DNA of 64,000 nucleotides from Rhizaria sp. SCN 62-66 (Eukaryota), in contig MEDY01000285.1 in the NCBI GenBank assembly GCA_001724265.1, positions 1 to 64,000 on the forward strand, read 5' to 3'. The notes below the pieces were generated by a model, which saw nothing but the letters and a program-made list of their open reading frames with translations, searched no databases and was not told the origin of the DNA. The stretch's first letter is position 1. Each line of letters begins with the position of its first letter. A program made the translations under genes and the position numbers. Positions 1 through 12,900 of this stretch are shown here, one piece after another.

Positions 1-72
1 ACCGCGTGCTGTTCGCGCGCCACAAGAAGTGGCGCATCCGGGAAGGGCGCGAGCGGCAAGATCGCCTCTGTG

Positions 73-522
73 TCAAACAGCTTCCTTCCCTCGGCGCGCA
101 CCCTAATAACCCTAATAACCCTAATAACTGGACCAGGTCACGAACGGCAGCGACGCCGCGGTTCGCCCCGGAGGAACAAAGCACTGGTGCAGCAGGCGTC
201 CCAGCGCGTTTTTCATCGCAGCGCGCACATGCGCGGCGTTGGCGGGGAGCCGCTCGTCGTCTAACCGGACGGCTATACGCCGGTTCGAACATCGAGGCGT
301 GTCTGCGTTGCTGAGCCACATGTTCATCTCGAGCGCTGACGCCGTGTGCTCGTGTCCCACACCTCCATGGGCGCGCGCAAGAATGCGTTCGTGCGCCTCG
401 GCTTGCAGGGCAATGAGTTCGGCCGCTGATGGCGGGCTAGTGGCGCGGACAGGGGCGGGGAAGGGCGCGTTTGAGACGACGCGGGTAGCCGCTGGCTTCA
501 AGAGTGCACGCAATGTGCGCAT
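73..522 (-). CDS. Hypothetical protein (weak model) ending ...TWSSY[TAG]GY[TAG]GY[TAG]GARRGKEAV-TGA; 5' end unresolved
   Basis: ORF 121..525 is protein-like. Reading through TAG at 121-123, 112-114 and 103-105 reaches TGA at 73-75. No homology recognised; other frames are possible. Confidence 0.3.
101..128. repeat. (CCCTAATAA)x3 tandem repeat, i.e. (TTATTAGGG)x3 on the minus strand
   Basis: Directly visible: ccctaataa ccctaataa ccctaataa c. Confidence 0.9.
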
Positions 523-593
523 CAAACTCGGGCTTCCAGGCGGAGGACTGCATGAGGGACTCCCATGTCAACGACTCTAATAAGAGTAACAAC

Positions 594-633
594 AGTAGTA
601 CAGGGTAGAAGCGAGCTTCTACCCGATACTACT
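594..633. other. Imperfect inverted repeat / hairpin
   Basis: agtagta-ca-gggtagaagc-ga-gcttctaccc-ga-tactact: 10-bp perfect stem plus 7-bp extension after a 2x2 mismatch. Confidence 0.8.
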
Positions 634-1377
634 CAACGATGAGGATGACAACAACGACGATTCAGCGATGGCGCCATCTGTGTGAGCACTCTCGGGAGGA
701 GCGACGTTGGCGAGAGAGCCTTGGTTCTGGAAACTGACAGATTCGAATTCAAACAAAGAACGTGCGTCACGCTTAGTATATTAGATAACTATATAAAAGC
801 TGCATTGCGGTAAAAAGAAAACACACTGTGCAGTAGGGCGCGTGAAGATGTGAGGTTTAGTCTAACATGGGCCCTGTGAGCAATATTGCAATGCCGCAGG
901 GGATCCGTACCGTCGTTAAACATGCCGGGCATCGATTTTCTTTGTTGTCAAGTAGAGATTCACACAAAGATTCACCGTTTCAATACGTTTTGTAGCATTA
1001 AGCGACATGTTTCACGTCTAAATCGACGTCTAAACAGTGGGCTGCTGGGGCTTGGTGAGAGTCTGCGAGTCGGAGATAGAGACGAAGGTTGAAGATGGCA
1101 CATGAGGTTTATTGTCATATGAATGCTATGAAATATTTTGAAAGGCAAATCATCGCACGATAAATGCGTTACAGCTTCATAGACGATCAATGCATGAAGT
1201 TATATGTGTTTTTGTAAGGCAGTTTAGGACAACCTCTGTGTCACCACAACGCAATTTCCACATGGTTACCATAGTTACGGGGTTACCAGTTACCATGGTT
1301 GCAAGCGTGAGGAAAGCTCAGACTCTATGATGTCGGACGTGGCCCATAAGAACCGTGGTTTGAGTAAGACGCAAACA

Positions 1378-3831
1378 ATGAGCTATCACAACGACGACAG
1401 TACGTTTTTTTTTTAATTCGCTCCTCTTAAAGTGTACTTTCATGTTTCTCTTGCGACTTTCAGAGCACCCTCCTGACGCCATTGTGATCTGCTTGTGGAC
1501 ATCTTCTTTTGCTCTGCTGTAGATGACCTAGGAACTGATGACGAGAACCAGATGCCGGCCAAGGGTTACGACTCATATGATTTCTACGGCGGACGCGACG
1601 GCGCGCCACCAGGCGGGGTTGACGCCTCGCGCGCCTCGTCCTCATCCAAGTCGACGTCGAACATCGCCTCCTTCCTGAAGGCCATGCTGCCCCAAGACCA
1701 CCCCACCGCGCACACGCTGCACGGCTTCGAGCCTGACCTCCCCGACACGATGCTGGTACCCACCGCCTTTGTCGCGCGCGGCCACACTTGGATCTCTAAA
1801 GGGTTTTCCTCGCTGTGGTCGTTCCCCGTCACCGTCCGGATCTGGGTTGTCCTGCTCTTCGTGATGCTCTTCGTCAACGCAGGCATCGTCTCCGTCATTG
1901 CGGACAGGATTTCTTCTGGGTACGACTCCAACGAACGCGTTGCAATGATTTATTTTAACACGGTTGTATATTTTTTACATGAATGTCGTTTATTTCGCGT
2001 CGCCACTAAGATTCTGCTTCATCTTTCCTTGCTGATCGCATTGCTTTCTCTCGCTCTCGCTTTCCGTGTTGTCACAACTCACCTCCGACGCAGCACCGGC
2101 GGCCTTGCTGTTCCGATGCCGCTGGCTGTACCGCTTGTGGCCCCGCACTCATCGACCTCGCCATCATCGGCGTCGACTGCTTCGTCGCTGTCGCTGTCTG
2201 GCGGCTCTGTGGTCGCGGCGGACGCATTCCTGCCCGCGCAGACTAACGCCGCGGGGCCCGGCGACGGCGACGAGGCCTACGCGCGCGCCCTCGCCTTTGC
2301 GCAGTTGCAGGGCGCGGGCCGCGAGGAAGACATCTTCGCGGACTGGCCCGCGGTGCAGCGGGTGGTGCTGCGGCAGTCGTCGTTGCTGCACGTCGTCGCC
2401 GCGCTCGCCGTCGTGCTCTCCTTCTGGGTCCTGGTCCCGCCGCTCATCGCGCTCCACTTCCAGACCGAGGCCGCGCCCCGCGCGTTCCTCTCCGCCAGCG
2501 CCGCCGCCGCAACAGCAGCTGCTTCATCGTCGTCAGCTGCCTCTGCGGCGGCGGGCGACGCCGAGACGGACCCGGAGATGGCGGCCGCGCTCGCCGCCGC
2601 CGAGGCCGCCGACGCCGCCGCGGCCGCCAGCGAGGGCGGCGGCTACGGTGGCTACGGCAGCGGCGGCGGCGACGCTGCGACAGGGGGCCGCGTGTTTCAG
2701 CCTGGCGCGGGCTGCTTCGCGGCGGACCCGCACCTGTCAAGCTACGCGTTCGCGCTCAAGACGCTGTGGCAGCGCGCGCTCGTTGTCGGCGCAGCGGCCT
2801 TCCTACCATCGCTTGCGCTCCGCGTTGTCTACATCTTCTGGCTTGCCACGCTTGCCAAGAGCTCCGTCGTGCTCTTCTTCTTCTTCACGGGTCTCTTTTG
2901 CGCTCTCCACGCCTACGTCGAGTACGTGTAGCTCAGCAACGCAAACTGCAGTTGTGCAACGAAATGGAACTCTGTTTCATCAAAATGCAAGATATGGTTA
3001 TTCTCTGTTCTGATCTCGCGAACCATCTTTGTATCTCATCTTTTCCTTGTTGTGCGTTGCCTTCTGCTTTGTTTTGTTTTGCGTTTGTCTTAGACTGCAC
3101 CTGCTGTGGGCGATGCCGTTGTTCGTGGACCACCCGACGTTCAGCGCGTGGACGCTGCTGTCGACGTCCTACACACTCACGCAGCGCGCGCTGCCGGGCG
3201 TTGCGCGCTTCTTCGCCTTCCTTGTCATGATGCTCGTCGCCGGGTTCCTGTTCTTTGGACTCACGATCGCGCTCTCCGCCGCGGTCGCCACCGCCGCGCT
3301 CGCAGTCGCTTACCGGTGCGTCATCGCCTACGCTTTGAGCAGCGGTTTCGATGCTATCATAGTTTCACACGATATCCTGATTTGCATCACGTAGCGCATT
3401 ATTTCTCTCACCTAATCACGCTTTATTCTCTCTTCTCTTCTCATTTCGTCTCCGCTCGCAGCGAGGTGATGGGGGCGCAGACGTGGGCGCAGCCGGGCGC
3501 GTTCGCGTGGATGGGCGCGGCCGAGCCCAGCGTCGTGGACAAGGTCCACGGCACCGGCGCCGCCGACTACGCCGCGCCGCAGTGGGCTACTAAGTCCTCG
3601 GCCTCGGCCACTGCCACGGCAGATCCCGGTTACACCGCGTCGCGCGGCGTTAGAGGTGCGGGCGACTCGGCCAGCGCGGAGTCACCGTACGCGGACACAC
3701 TATCGTCATCGTCGTCTTCGTTGGGGTATGCGCCGTCGGCGTACGGGCGCGCGAGCCGGCTTGACTTTGAGGAGCCGGACATCGACTCGACTGGGCCCAG
3801 CTTCGCGAGTCTCAAGAGCGCGCTCGAGTGA
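1378..3831 (+). CDS. Multi-pass membrane protein of unknown function; exons 1378-1399, 1523-1919, 2094-2921, 3094-3315, 3462-3831
   Basis: Four phase-consistent GT-AG introns join ORFs 1495..2931, 3029..3394 and 3106..3831. Several hydrophobic segments (e.g. IWVVLLFVMLFVNAGIVSVI, FFAFLVMMLVAGFLFFGLTIAL). TGA stop. Confidence 0.7.
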
Positions 3832-3994
3832 GGTGAGCAATTATGTTAACTGGTGGAACGTTAAATTGTATAGTAGGGCCAAATTGGCAAGGTGCTGAAT
3901 CACTTGTACTTTATATATATAACTACTAAAAACGTACTACTTATTCCCAAAACAATAAATCTCTAAATTACACATCTGTGAACTAAAGTAACTG

Positions 3995-6900
3995 TTACTT
4001 GTGTTTGCTTCCTACCTGCGACTTCTGTTGCTGCGACGGCGAGCGGAGCGCTCCGGGGCCTAGCGAGGCTGAGCGCAGCCCCGCGGTCAGAAAGGGCGTC
4101 TTGACGCGCACGCCGTCCGCTGCCGCTGTCGCTGGCAACAGTGACGACGACGTCGCCGCGGCCGCGGTCGTGGCAGTGGGGCGGCTAGGCGGCCGCGCCG
4201 TGCTGCTGTTGCTGTTGCTGTTCACGCGCAGAGTGCCGCGCTGTGGCTGCGCCGCGTTCCCCGCCGTGGCGGCGTGCAGCTGCGACGCCGGCATTGTCGC
4301 CGACATCCGCTGTTGCGCGGCAGAGGTCGAAGAAGACGCACTGGCTCCGGCGACCGGCGTGGCGTCGCGGGAGACGGGCGTGGAGCAGCGGGGGACCGGC
4401 TCGTTGCTGGCAGGCTGCGGACTGGCGCTGCAGAAGTGGTCCGGCTGCGAATGCGACGCGGGGCGCGGCGCGGGGCGCGGCGGCACAGCGCGGGGGCCTG
4501 GCGCTTCCACTGCGGCTGACTTGGGCGCGTCACCGTCTTCGCCGTCCAGTGCACCCGCAGCAGCTCCACTATGGCGCTCTAGGGCACCGCTGCTGCTGTG
4601 CGACAACGTTGGCGCGGTTTCGGACAGAACGCGCTCCAGAGCGGCGGCGTGTGCAAGAGCCACAGCGGGGGCAGTCGTATCGCTGGCCTCGTTGAACTCG
4701 GTCGCAAGAGTGGCTTCGGTGTCGACGACGCTGGCGTGCACCACGTCCGCGGACAGCTCAGTGGCGGCAACGGCGGCGGGCACTGGCGTCGCGGTGCCCA
4801 TGTGGAACACCACCGCGCGCTGCGTTAAGGATCGCTGCGCCAACGCGCGCTGCGCCGGTGTGCGCACGATTTCCTCCTCTTCTTCTTCCTCGTCGCGCGG
4901 CACCGGGATCGCGACCGTGCTGACGTTAGGCGCTCCATTGTGCACGGCGCTAGGCGCAGCGCTAGCCCGACTGAGCTCGGCGTCGGCGGCGGCAGCGGCG
5001 GTGTCGTCATTTGCGTCTGCGACTGACTCGCCCACGCCGCGCTCTGACTGAGTCGGGGCCGCACCAGCGGCCATGGAGGCGGAGCCAGACCGCGAGTGCT
5101 GTGGCGTGACGGTGCGGGACCGCGCACCCGCAGTCATTGTCGCGTCAGAGCCTGCCGTCAGCACAGCGCCCGAGGCCACTGCGCTGGAAGCAGGCGTGGG
5201 GCCGGGCTGCACTGTGGGCGCAGCGGCCGCTCTCAGGCCCACGGCCGCGGCGCGCTGGACCTCCCACAGCCCAGGCTTCTGCTGTTGTTGCACCTGCTGC
5301 ACACTGGGGTCGGCGTTGTCGGGGTTGAGGTCAAGGCTGGCGTTAGCGACTTCACTGGCGTTCTCGAGCGTACGCGCGGAACGCATGCACCCGTGGCCCG
5401 TGAGCAGCAGCATCAGCAGCGCCTCGCGCTCCGCGCGCGTCCACGGGCCCGGGCGCGCCAGCGGGTCCGGCACCCCGCTCGTACCGCCGTGCTGAGTACC
5501 GTCGGCCGCGGCCGGGGCGCGGTCGGCGGGCGCAAAGTAGCGCAGCAGCGCGCGGAAGAGGCGCGCGCGGTGCACGTACTCCGCGACATCAGCCGCGGGG
5601 TCCACGCGCCGCGCCGTGGCGGCCGCGTCCTGCAGCGCGCGCAGCTCCTCCATCCACGACCGCATCATGCGGTAGAAGGCCACGTGCAGCGCCACGGCCT
5701 TGCCCAGCGCGTCACGCGCGCGGACGGTCGCCGTCCACGCCGCGGAGGCCGCGGTGGCGTCGGCCGCGCGCTCCGCCGCCAGCGGCGCCACGAGCGTTCG
5801 CGGGAGGTGCGGGGTGCGCCACGACGGCAGCCGCTGCAGACGCTGCGCCGCGACGTCCTGCGCGCGCGCGGCGGGCACAGTGTCCACGCCCCCCGGCGGC
5901 GGCGCGAGCGCCATGCCGGGCTCCCAGTCGAGCGGCAGCGCGAGGCCGCGCGCCGTCTGCGCCAGCGGGGGCGGCGGCGGCAACGCGGCGCCCGACGCGG
6001 AGGTGACATCGATGGGTCGCCACGCCAGAGCCGCAAGCGCAGGCGCGCCCCACGTCTCGCCGAAGTCCGCGCCCGTCACGGCCGCGGCCGCGAGCCCGAG
6101 GTCGGCGATCGCGGGGAACGCAGTGTAGCCGAAGCGCGCGCTGGTGTTGTGGTGGCGCGGCGCAGAGCTGCTGCCAGCGTCCTGCGAGCTTGACAGGCCA
6201 ACCCCGCTGGTACCGTGATGGACATTGCTAAGACTGTAGCTGACGCTCCTGCTATGGCTGTTGCGGCGGACAAGCCCGCCGCCGCCGCCGCCTTGGGACT
6301 GCTGCGAGGCACGCGCAGCAGCGCCCAGCTTCTCGGGCGACGGCAGCTGCGCGGCGTGCGCGGCGAGCAGCCGGTGCCGCAGCGGCGCAGGCAGTCCGCG
6401 CATGTGCGGCCTCTCCGCCTCGGTCTGCAGTGATGACGGTGACGATGACGAGGACGCAGGCGTCAGCGGTGTGGAGCCCGGAGGCGCGAGCGCGGGCAGC
6501 GCGGGTGGCAGCGTATAGACAGAACCGCCCGCGGCGAGCCCCGCGGCAGCAGCGGCGCGGCCCAGGCGCGCAAGCATCGCGTTCATTTCGCCGTACGCAA
6601 TGTTCCACGTGATCGGGTGCGTCGGTGACTCGAACGCGAGCTGCGTGTGACACGGGAAGCGCGGCAGCAGCGCCGCGGGCGCCGCAAGCGTCGCCAGCGA
6701 CACGGGCTCGCCCGCCGGCGCCGCGGGCTCTGTGGGGAAACAGGCGTCGAACGCGGCGACTTCGAGCGCAAGCGAGTACTCTGCCTCGCCCGCGGCGCCG
6801 CCCTTGCCCGCCTCTGAGATAATCGACAGCGCGCCGTGCGAGGCCGCCGTGTCGGCGCCCGCGCCGCCGCGGCGCAGAAACGCGTCGGCGTGACGGCCCG

Positions 6901-9900
6901 GCAGCACGGCCAGCACGTCACCGTAAGCCATGCGCCGCGGCGCGCCGCCGCCGAAGAGTTTTGCGACGAACCCGACGCGCGCGGATGAGGCGCGACCGGA
7001 GGGGTCCGCGGCCACGGCGGCGTCGGCCTCGGCGGCGCGGCGGCGCGCTTCGGCGGCGTCGGTGGCCGTCTTGGCTGCGCCGGAGCCGTGCTTCTCGTAG
7101 GGCCGCTGGCGCGTGCGCGCCCAGAGCTTGGTGTCGACGTTCCACTCGATCGCGCCGCGGTGCAGGCGCAGCGCTGTGGCGTGCGCGGAGCCGGACCGGC
7201 AGAGCTTGCGCAGCGCGATGTGCGGGTGGCCGTACGCGCCGGCGTAGAGGTCCTCTCGCGCGCCGCACGCGGTGTCAGCAAAGTCGAGCACGTCCATGAG
7301 CGCGAGCAGACGGCGCGAGAGCACGGCGGGCGGCACCCACGTCGGCGGCGGCGGCAGCGACGCAAGGCCCGGACTGGGGATTGCGGCGCCCGCCAGCGCG
7401 TCTTCAGCCGTGAGCCCCAAGCGGCGCAGGAAGGCCGCGTCGACCGGCGCTGTGCCGCCGCCGTGGAACGGGAGCGCGGCGCGCCACAGCGCACTGAGGC
7501 GCAGCGGGACGTGGGTCGAACCAACGACAACGCCGGCGGCGGCGGCAGCGGGCGGTGTGGCGAGCGAGGAGCGCGGCGACGACGCGGCGAAACTCGCTGG
7601 CGAGCCCACCGACGCGGACCCCAGAGGGACCGCGCCGCCGGGCCCGTGGTACGAGGCGTGTGCGAGCGACGGCGTGTGCGCGCGCGAGGGCGCGGTGTGC
7701 GGCGACGCCAGCGACGGCGACTGCGAGCGCGAGTACGTACGCGAGTCGGCGCCAGGTGCGCGGCCGGAGCCAGAGACGGAGCCCGTGGCCGCGCTACCGC
7801 CGTCGCCCAGCTCGGGCCGCGGCAGCTGTGGAAGCGAGTCGCGCCGCCCGCCTGCGCCCGCGCCAGCGCCGCCGGTGTCGACGGCGCCGGGCACGGCGGG
7901 CAAGGCGCTGCGGCGGCCCAGACCCAGCAGAGCGCCGTCCGCGGCGCCCGCGCCCGCGGCGGCGGCGTCTGAGGCCGAGAACGGCTCAGGACTGCCGGGC
8001 CCGGCGCTGACGCTGCCGCTGCGGCTGCGGCCGGTGTACTGCGGCGCGAGAGGCGGCAGTAAAGGCGTAGCGGTGCGGCAGCCCGCGGAGAGCTCGGCCT
8101 CGCGCAGCGTCTGCATCGCGCTAGCTGCGGCGCGCAGCGACGGCGTCTGCGTACGGGACCCGCCCGCGCTGCCGCTGTGGTGGCTGCCGGGCCCGCCGTG
8201 CTGCTGGTCGCCAGCGTCGTCGTCGTTTTCGTCGACATCGCTGCCGTCGGCGCCGTCCTCGGCCCCGGCCTCGTAGTCATCCAGCGCGGCCGCCGCGTCG
8301 CCCAGCGAGGCGTGGCCGCGGGCGGCGCGCCGCAACACGCGCGCGCGGGCTGCCGCGGAGAACGCTGCCGACGAGTGCGGCAGCTCAGGCGAGCCGTCGG
8401 CGCCGCCGCGCGACCGCGCGAAGGCCGCGGCGCGCGCGGCGGGCACGCGGTGGCGCACAACGATGCGGCGCAGCGGTGTGCCGTCGACTTCGACGCGGCC
8501 GACGCTCGTGACCGTGCCCGTGACCGTCACCGCGCCGCCGCTGCCGCCGCCGCGCGCGCTGCGCAGCACGACTGCCGCGCCGGGGCACACGCGCGCCTCG
8601 CTGGCGCCGCTGCTGGCAGCGTCGCCGTGCTCGGCAACGTGCGCGTGCGCGTCGGCGTTGGCAAGCGAGAGCGTGAGGAGTCCGTCGTCGGTGCCGTCGA
8701 CGTCCAGCGGTACCGCGCGCACGGCGAGCAGACCCGCCAGCCGAGGCGACAGACGCGACAGCAGCGCCGCCTTGGCCGGATCCATCGCGCCTGCGCCCGC
8801 GGCCTCCGCGTCTGCCTCGGCCTCCGCGTCCGTCACCGAGTGCGCCGAGGCGGAAAACACGCCAGCGCCAGCACGGGGGTCAAGTGAAGCCGAGAGCGCG
8901 CGGCTGGCGGACAACGCGCGGCCGTACGCCTGCGGGGTGAGGCCCCCCACGGCCACGGCGCCGCCCGCCGCGGCCGTGGGGAATTGCCAGCGCGCGCGGC
9001 CGCGGGAGCGCGGCGACAATAGCACGGGCGTGGCGGATCGGACAGAGCCGCCGCTGCCGCCGTCGACACCGTGGTCCTGGTGAGGCGAGAGCGTGGGATC
9101 GCTGTGCACGGCGCCGTCGGGGCCGTCTGCGTCGCCCTGGAGGATGAGCTCGTAGACAGACTCCTCGACCCACTCCATCGCGTCGTCGCTGCCGTCGCCC
9201 TCACCGCCGGCGCTACTGCCGGGGCCGCCGGTGGCGACGACCGGAGAGCCGGGGCCTCCGTGCGCGGGCGAGAGCACAAAGCCCGACCCGGCGCCGCCGG
9301 TGCCGGCGAGGCTGCGGCTGCCGGCGAACGAGTGCGAGCGCGAGTGGCCCGGCCCCGTTGCAGAGCCGGTGCCGTCGCCGCCGCTGCCCCCGCTGCCGTG
9401 GAGGCCGGGGGAGCGCGGGGGGTACGACTGGCCACCAGAGACGCCGCTCGTGCCAAGCGCGGCCAACGCGGCGGCGGCGGCATCCGTGGCGTCCGCGAAG
9501 GACGCGCCGCGCGGAAGCAGGCGCGGGCTGGGCATGGAGCGCATGGAGCTGCTCAGCGCGGCCGCGGCCGTGGCGGAAGCCGAGGCGGAGAGGCCCAAGA
9601 TCGGCGACTGGCGCGACCCAGTGCGCGGCGGGGAACCGGGAGAGCCCGAGGCAGCGCGGAATGAGGGCTGTCGCGCGAGCAGAGCGGGGGAGCCCTTGGG
9701 CTCAGGGCTGGCCTGCACGGAGGGCGCGCGGCGGCGGCGCTGCGTGCGCGTGCGGCGGATCTTGTGGATGCCGCGCGGCGCATCGACCTTCTTCTAGACA
9801 AACAAAGTATACAACGGAGAATAAAGACGTGTGAGCAAGACTGAACCGAAAATAAAGCAAATATTCCAATTAGTGGTATGGCAGCTGATGATGTTGTCGT

Positions 9901-12900
9901 GACGTACGCCCTTGACTGCGATGACTTCCTGGATGGTCTCAACGCCATTGGCGTCGACCACGACCGATCGGTGCAGTACACGCTCGCCGTTGTGGTCAAA
10001 GTCCCGCGCGCTCGCGCCACCGGCCACTGCAGCTGCGCCCGCGGCGTTGGCGGCCATCGCGGCGGGCCCCGGCGAGACGCACGGTGAGAGGCCGATGGAT
10101 TCTTCGCCATCGACGCGCACTTCCCATGGGACTTCTTCTTCCACGATCTCGACTTCGTAGTCAGCAAGGTCCTGCAATGGGGCGCAAAACAAAAAAAAGA
10201 AGTATGTTGAAGCATCGTGAGGCGACATAATGATAAATAAGCATGACGTATCAAAATACAATTAGAATTAGTTATTTTACGTACCTCGTCGACGGATTTG
10301 ATGTCGTAGTGGCGCACCGAGGCCGAGGGCAGCGAGTCGCGGCGCGCGCGCATCACAGAGTCGCTGTCGCCGCCGTGCCCGAAGTACTGCCCCGAGCCGG
10401 CCATAGCGCCCATCGGCGACCCGTCGGGCGCCCAGCGACGGCCGCCCGCGGTGAGCGTGTCCCCCACACGAACGACGTCGCCCGCACCGCCCGACGATGG
10501 GCTGAAGAGCGCGCCGGGGGCCGCGTTGGAGCCCACCGTGCCGGCGCGGCCGCGCGGCCCCACGGCCGGTGACGGCGGGAGCGCGGAGCCCGCGCGCGGC
10601 AGCGGCGGCGTGCCCAGCGGGCCCATCGGCAGGTCGTGCGAGAACGACGCGCGCGGAGTGATGATGCGCGTGCCCGTGTCGGTGCGCGTGATCGGAAGCG
10701 TCACGGGCACCAGCGGCGGCGACTGCGGCCCGCCCAGCGACGGCGTGCGCTCGCGGCCGCCGTGCGCGGATGGCGGGCGGCCCAGTCCGGCGCCGGAGCC
10801 CAGCGGACTGAACGCGCCGCTGCCGCCTGTTGTTGTCGCAGCCGCACCGGAGGCCGGGCTGCCCGAGACGCCGCGCCCGGCTCCGCCAGCGCCCGCGCCC
10901 GTGCCCGCGCCGCCGCCCGCAGGCATGGTGCCGCTGTGCGTGTGACCGCGGTGACTGTGCTCGTTTCTCGGTTCGTGCTCGTGTTCATGCTCCGGCGAGT
11001 GCACGACGGCGACCTCGAGCGCGCCGCCGTCATCATCGCCGCCGACCGTAAGCACTTGCGCCGTCGACACGCGGCGCCGGGGGTCGTCGCCCGCGCCGCC
11101 ACCGGCCCCACCGGGGACCTGGAGTCCGCCATAGCGACCGTTGCCGCCGCCGCCGCCGGGCCCGGTGATGACCACGCCCGACTGGCCACGGCGCTGAGTA
11201 GGACGGCGGCCCACGCGCACGCGGTGGTCTCTGACATTGGCCGCCGTGATCGCCAGGCCGGCCACGGGAGTCGCAGTCGTCGACTCCTCGCCACCCGGTC
11301 CCGCGCCGGTGCGGCCGAGAGTGCGCGTGCGGGAGAGCGTCGAGGTGGGGCGGTCGAGCACGGAGGCCAGGCCGAGCAGCGCCTGCTCAGGGGTGAGCCG
11401 CCCGTTGCGCGAGCCCAGCCCGCCCGCGGTCGACGGCGTGTCGCGGCCGCCCGATAGCAGCTCGTCGTAGATAATACCGCCACGCAAGCTGCCGCGGCGG
11501 CCGGGTGTCGCGGTGGTCACCCCAGCGCCGCCGCCGCCCTGTGCGCGCACGCTGCTGTTGCGCGCCGCCGCCGCCGCCGCGGCCGCCGCGACGGCCGCGC
11601 GCGATCTGCCGCCCGTGGCGACGGGGTCATCCCCGCCGTACAGCACCGGCGGCGGCGCGTCGAGATCATCCACGCCGTCGGACCAACCGGCGGCGGGCGG
11701 CGGCGGCTGGCCCGTCGGGTCGTAGCCCTGGTCGTACCCGTACCCGGGCTCAAACACGCGCGCGGGGTCAACGCCGGCGTACATGGCGACGTCGAGCGTG
11801 GCGCGCTCGCGGGCGTAGCGCTGGTACGCCGGGTACATGATCACGGGGTAGTTGGGCAAGTACAGCGGGCCCGGCGGCACTTCGCTGCGCACGCGGTGTG
11901 TGTGGGGCTTCGCTCTCGAGCCGACGCTCCCCGCAGCAGCGCCGGCGCGCTTGGAGGCGGGGGAGCCACCTGCAGCGCCGTCAGCAGCAGCAGCAGCAGC
12001 AGCGGAGGTGCGTGACGCGTGCGACAAGTGCGAGGCTGAGGAAGGGACGGGTTGCTCTGAGGCGCGCAGACCGGCGCGCGGGCCGCCCCGAGTTGCAGCT
12101 GCACCGATGCGTGCGGAGCCGCCGCGGCCGGGCGTGTGGTTGTCCGCGGCGGGCGAGGGCGGGCGGTACTGGTAGTGCGATGCATCCCCGTCCGCAGCAC
12201 CAGCGGCATCTTCGTTGTTATTGTAGTGCTCGACGAGAGCGCTGTCGGTCGCGTGGGCATTGGTGGGCGAGAAGGGCAGAGAGCGCCGCGCAGACTCAGT
12301 GTCCGCGTCAGCGCCGCCGCCGCGCGTGCTACCGACGATGGAGCGTCGGTGCGGCGGCGAGAGCGGGACGTACGTGCCCGGGGCGTCGCGCGACGGCGGC
12401 CGCGGCACTCTACTACCGATCCGTGCGGTCGATGCACCGACGGCAGTGCGATCGGGGGAATACACGGGTGCGCTGTAGGCGTCGGCCGCGTCGTGGTCGC
12501 CATCAGGGCCCTCCTGCACTGGGGCCGGGGCGTTCACGGTCTCAGGAGCAAACGGGACAGCAGAGCCGGCGGCGGGAGTCGCGGCGGGCGTGCCCGAAGC
12601 CGCGTCTGCGTCGACCACGGTCGCCGTGCGAGTCGCCGCGGCAGCGGGCGCGGGCGCGTTCACAGCGTTACTCGTCGCAGTGGCAGCGGCGTCGTGAGCT
12701 TCGGCGAGCGAGAGCGCATGGTCCAGAGACAGCAGCTGACCGGGCACCGCCGCTGGCACGTGCGACCGCTGCTGCTGCTGCTGCTGTTGGGCGGCGGAGA
12801 CTTGGTATGACTGCGCGTGCTGGAACGCTGACTGTGGCAGCGGAACACCGGGCGCGGCGCGCACCGGCACCGCCGCCGACTGCATGTGCACTGGCAGACT

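Noticed and set aside
101-128. A true chromosome end
   Set aside because: Only three units, with unique sequence on both sides.
2929-3394. TAG codons ending ORFs 1495..2931 and 3029..3394
   Set aside because: Both lie inside introns, so they are neither true stops nor readthrough evidence.
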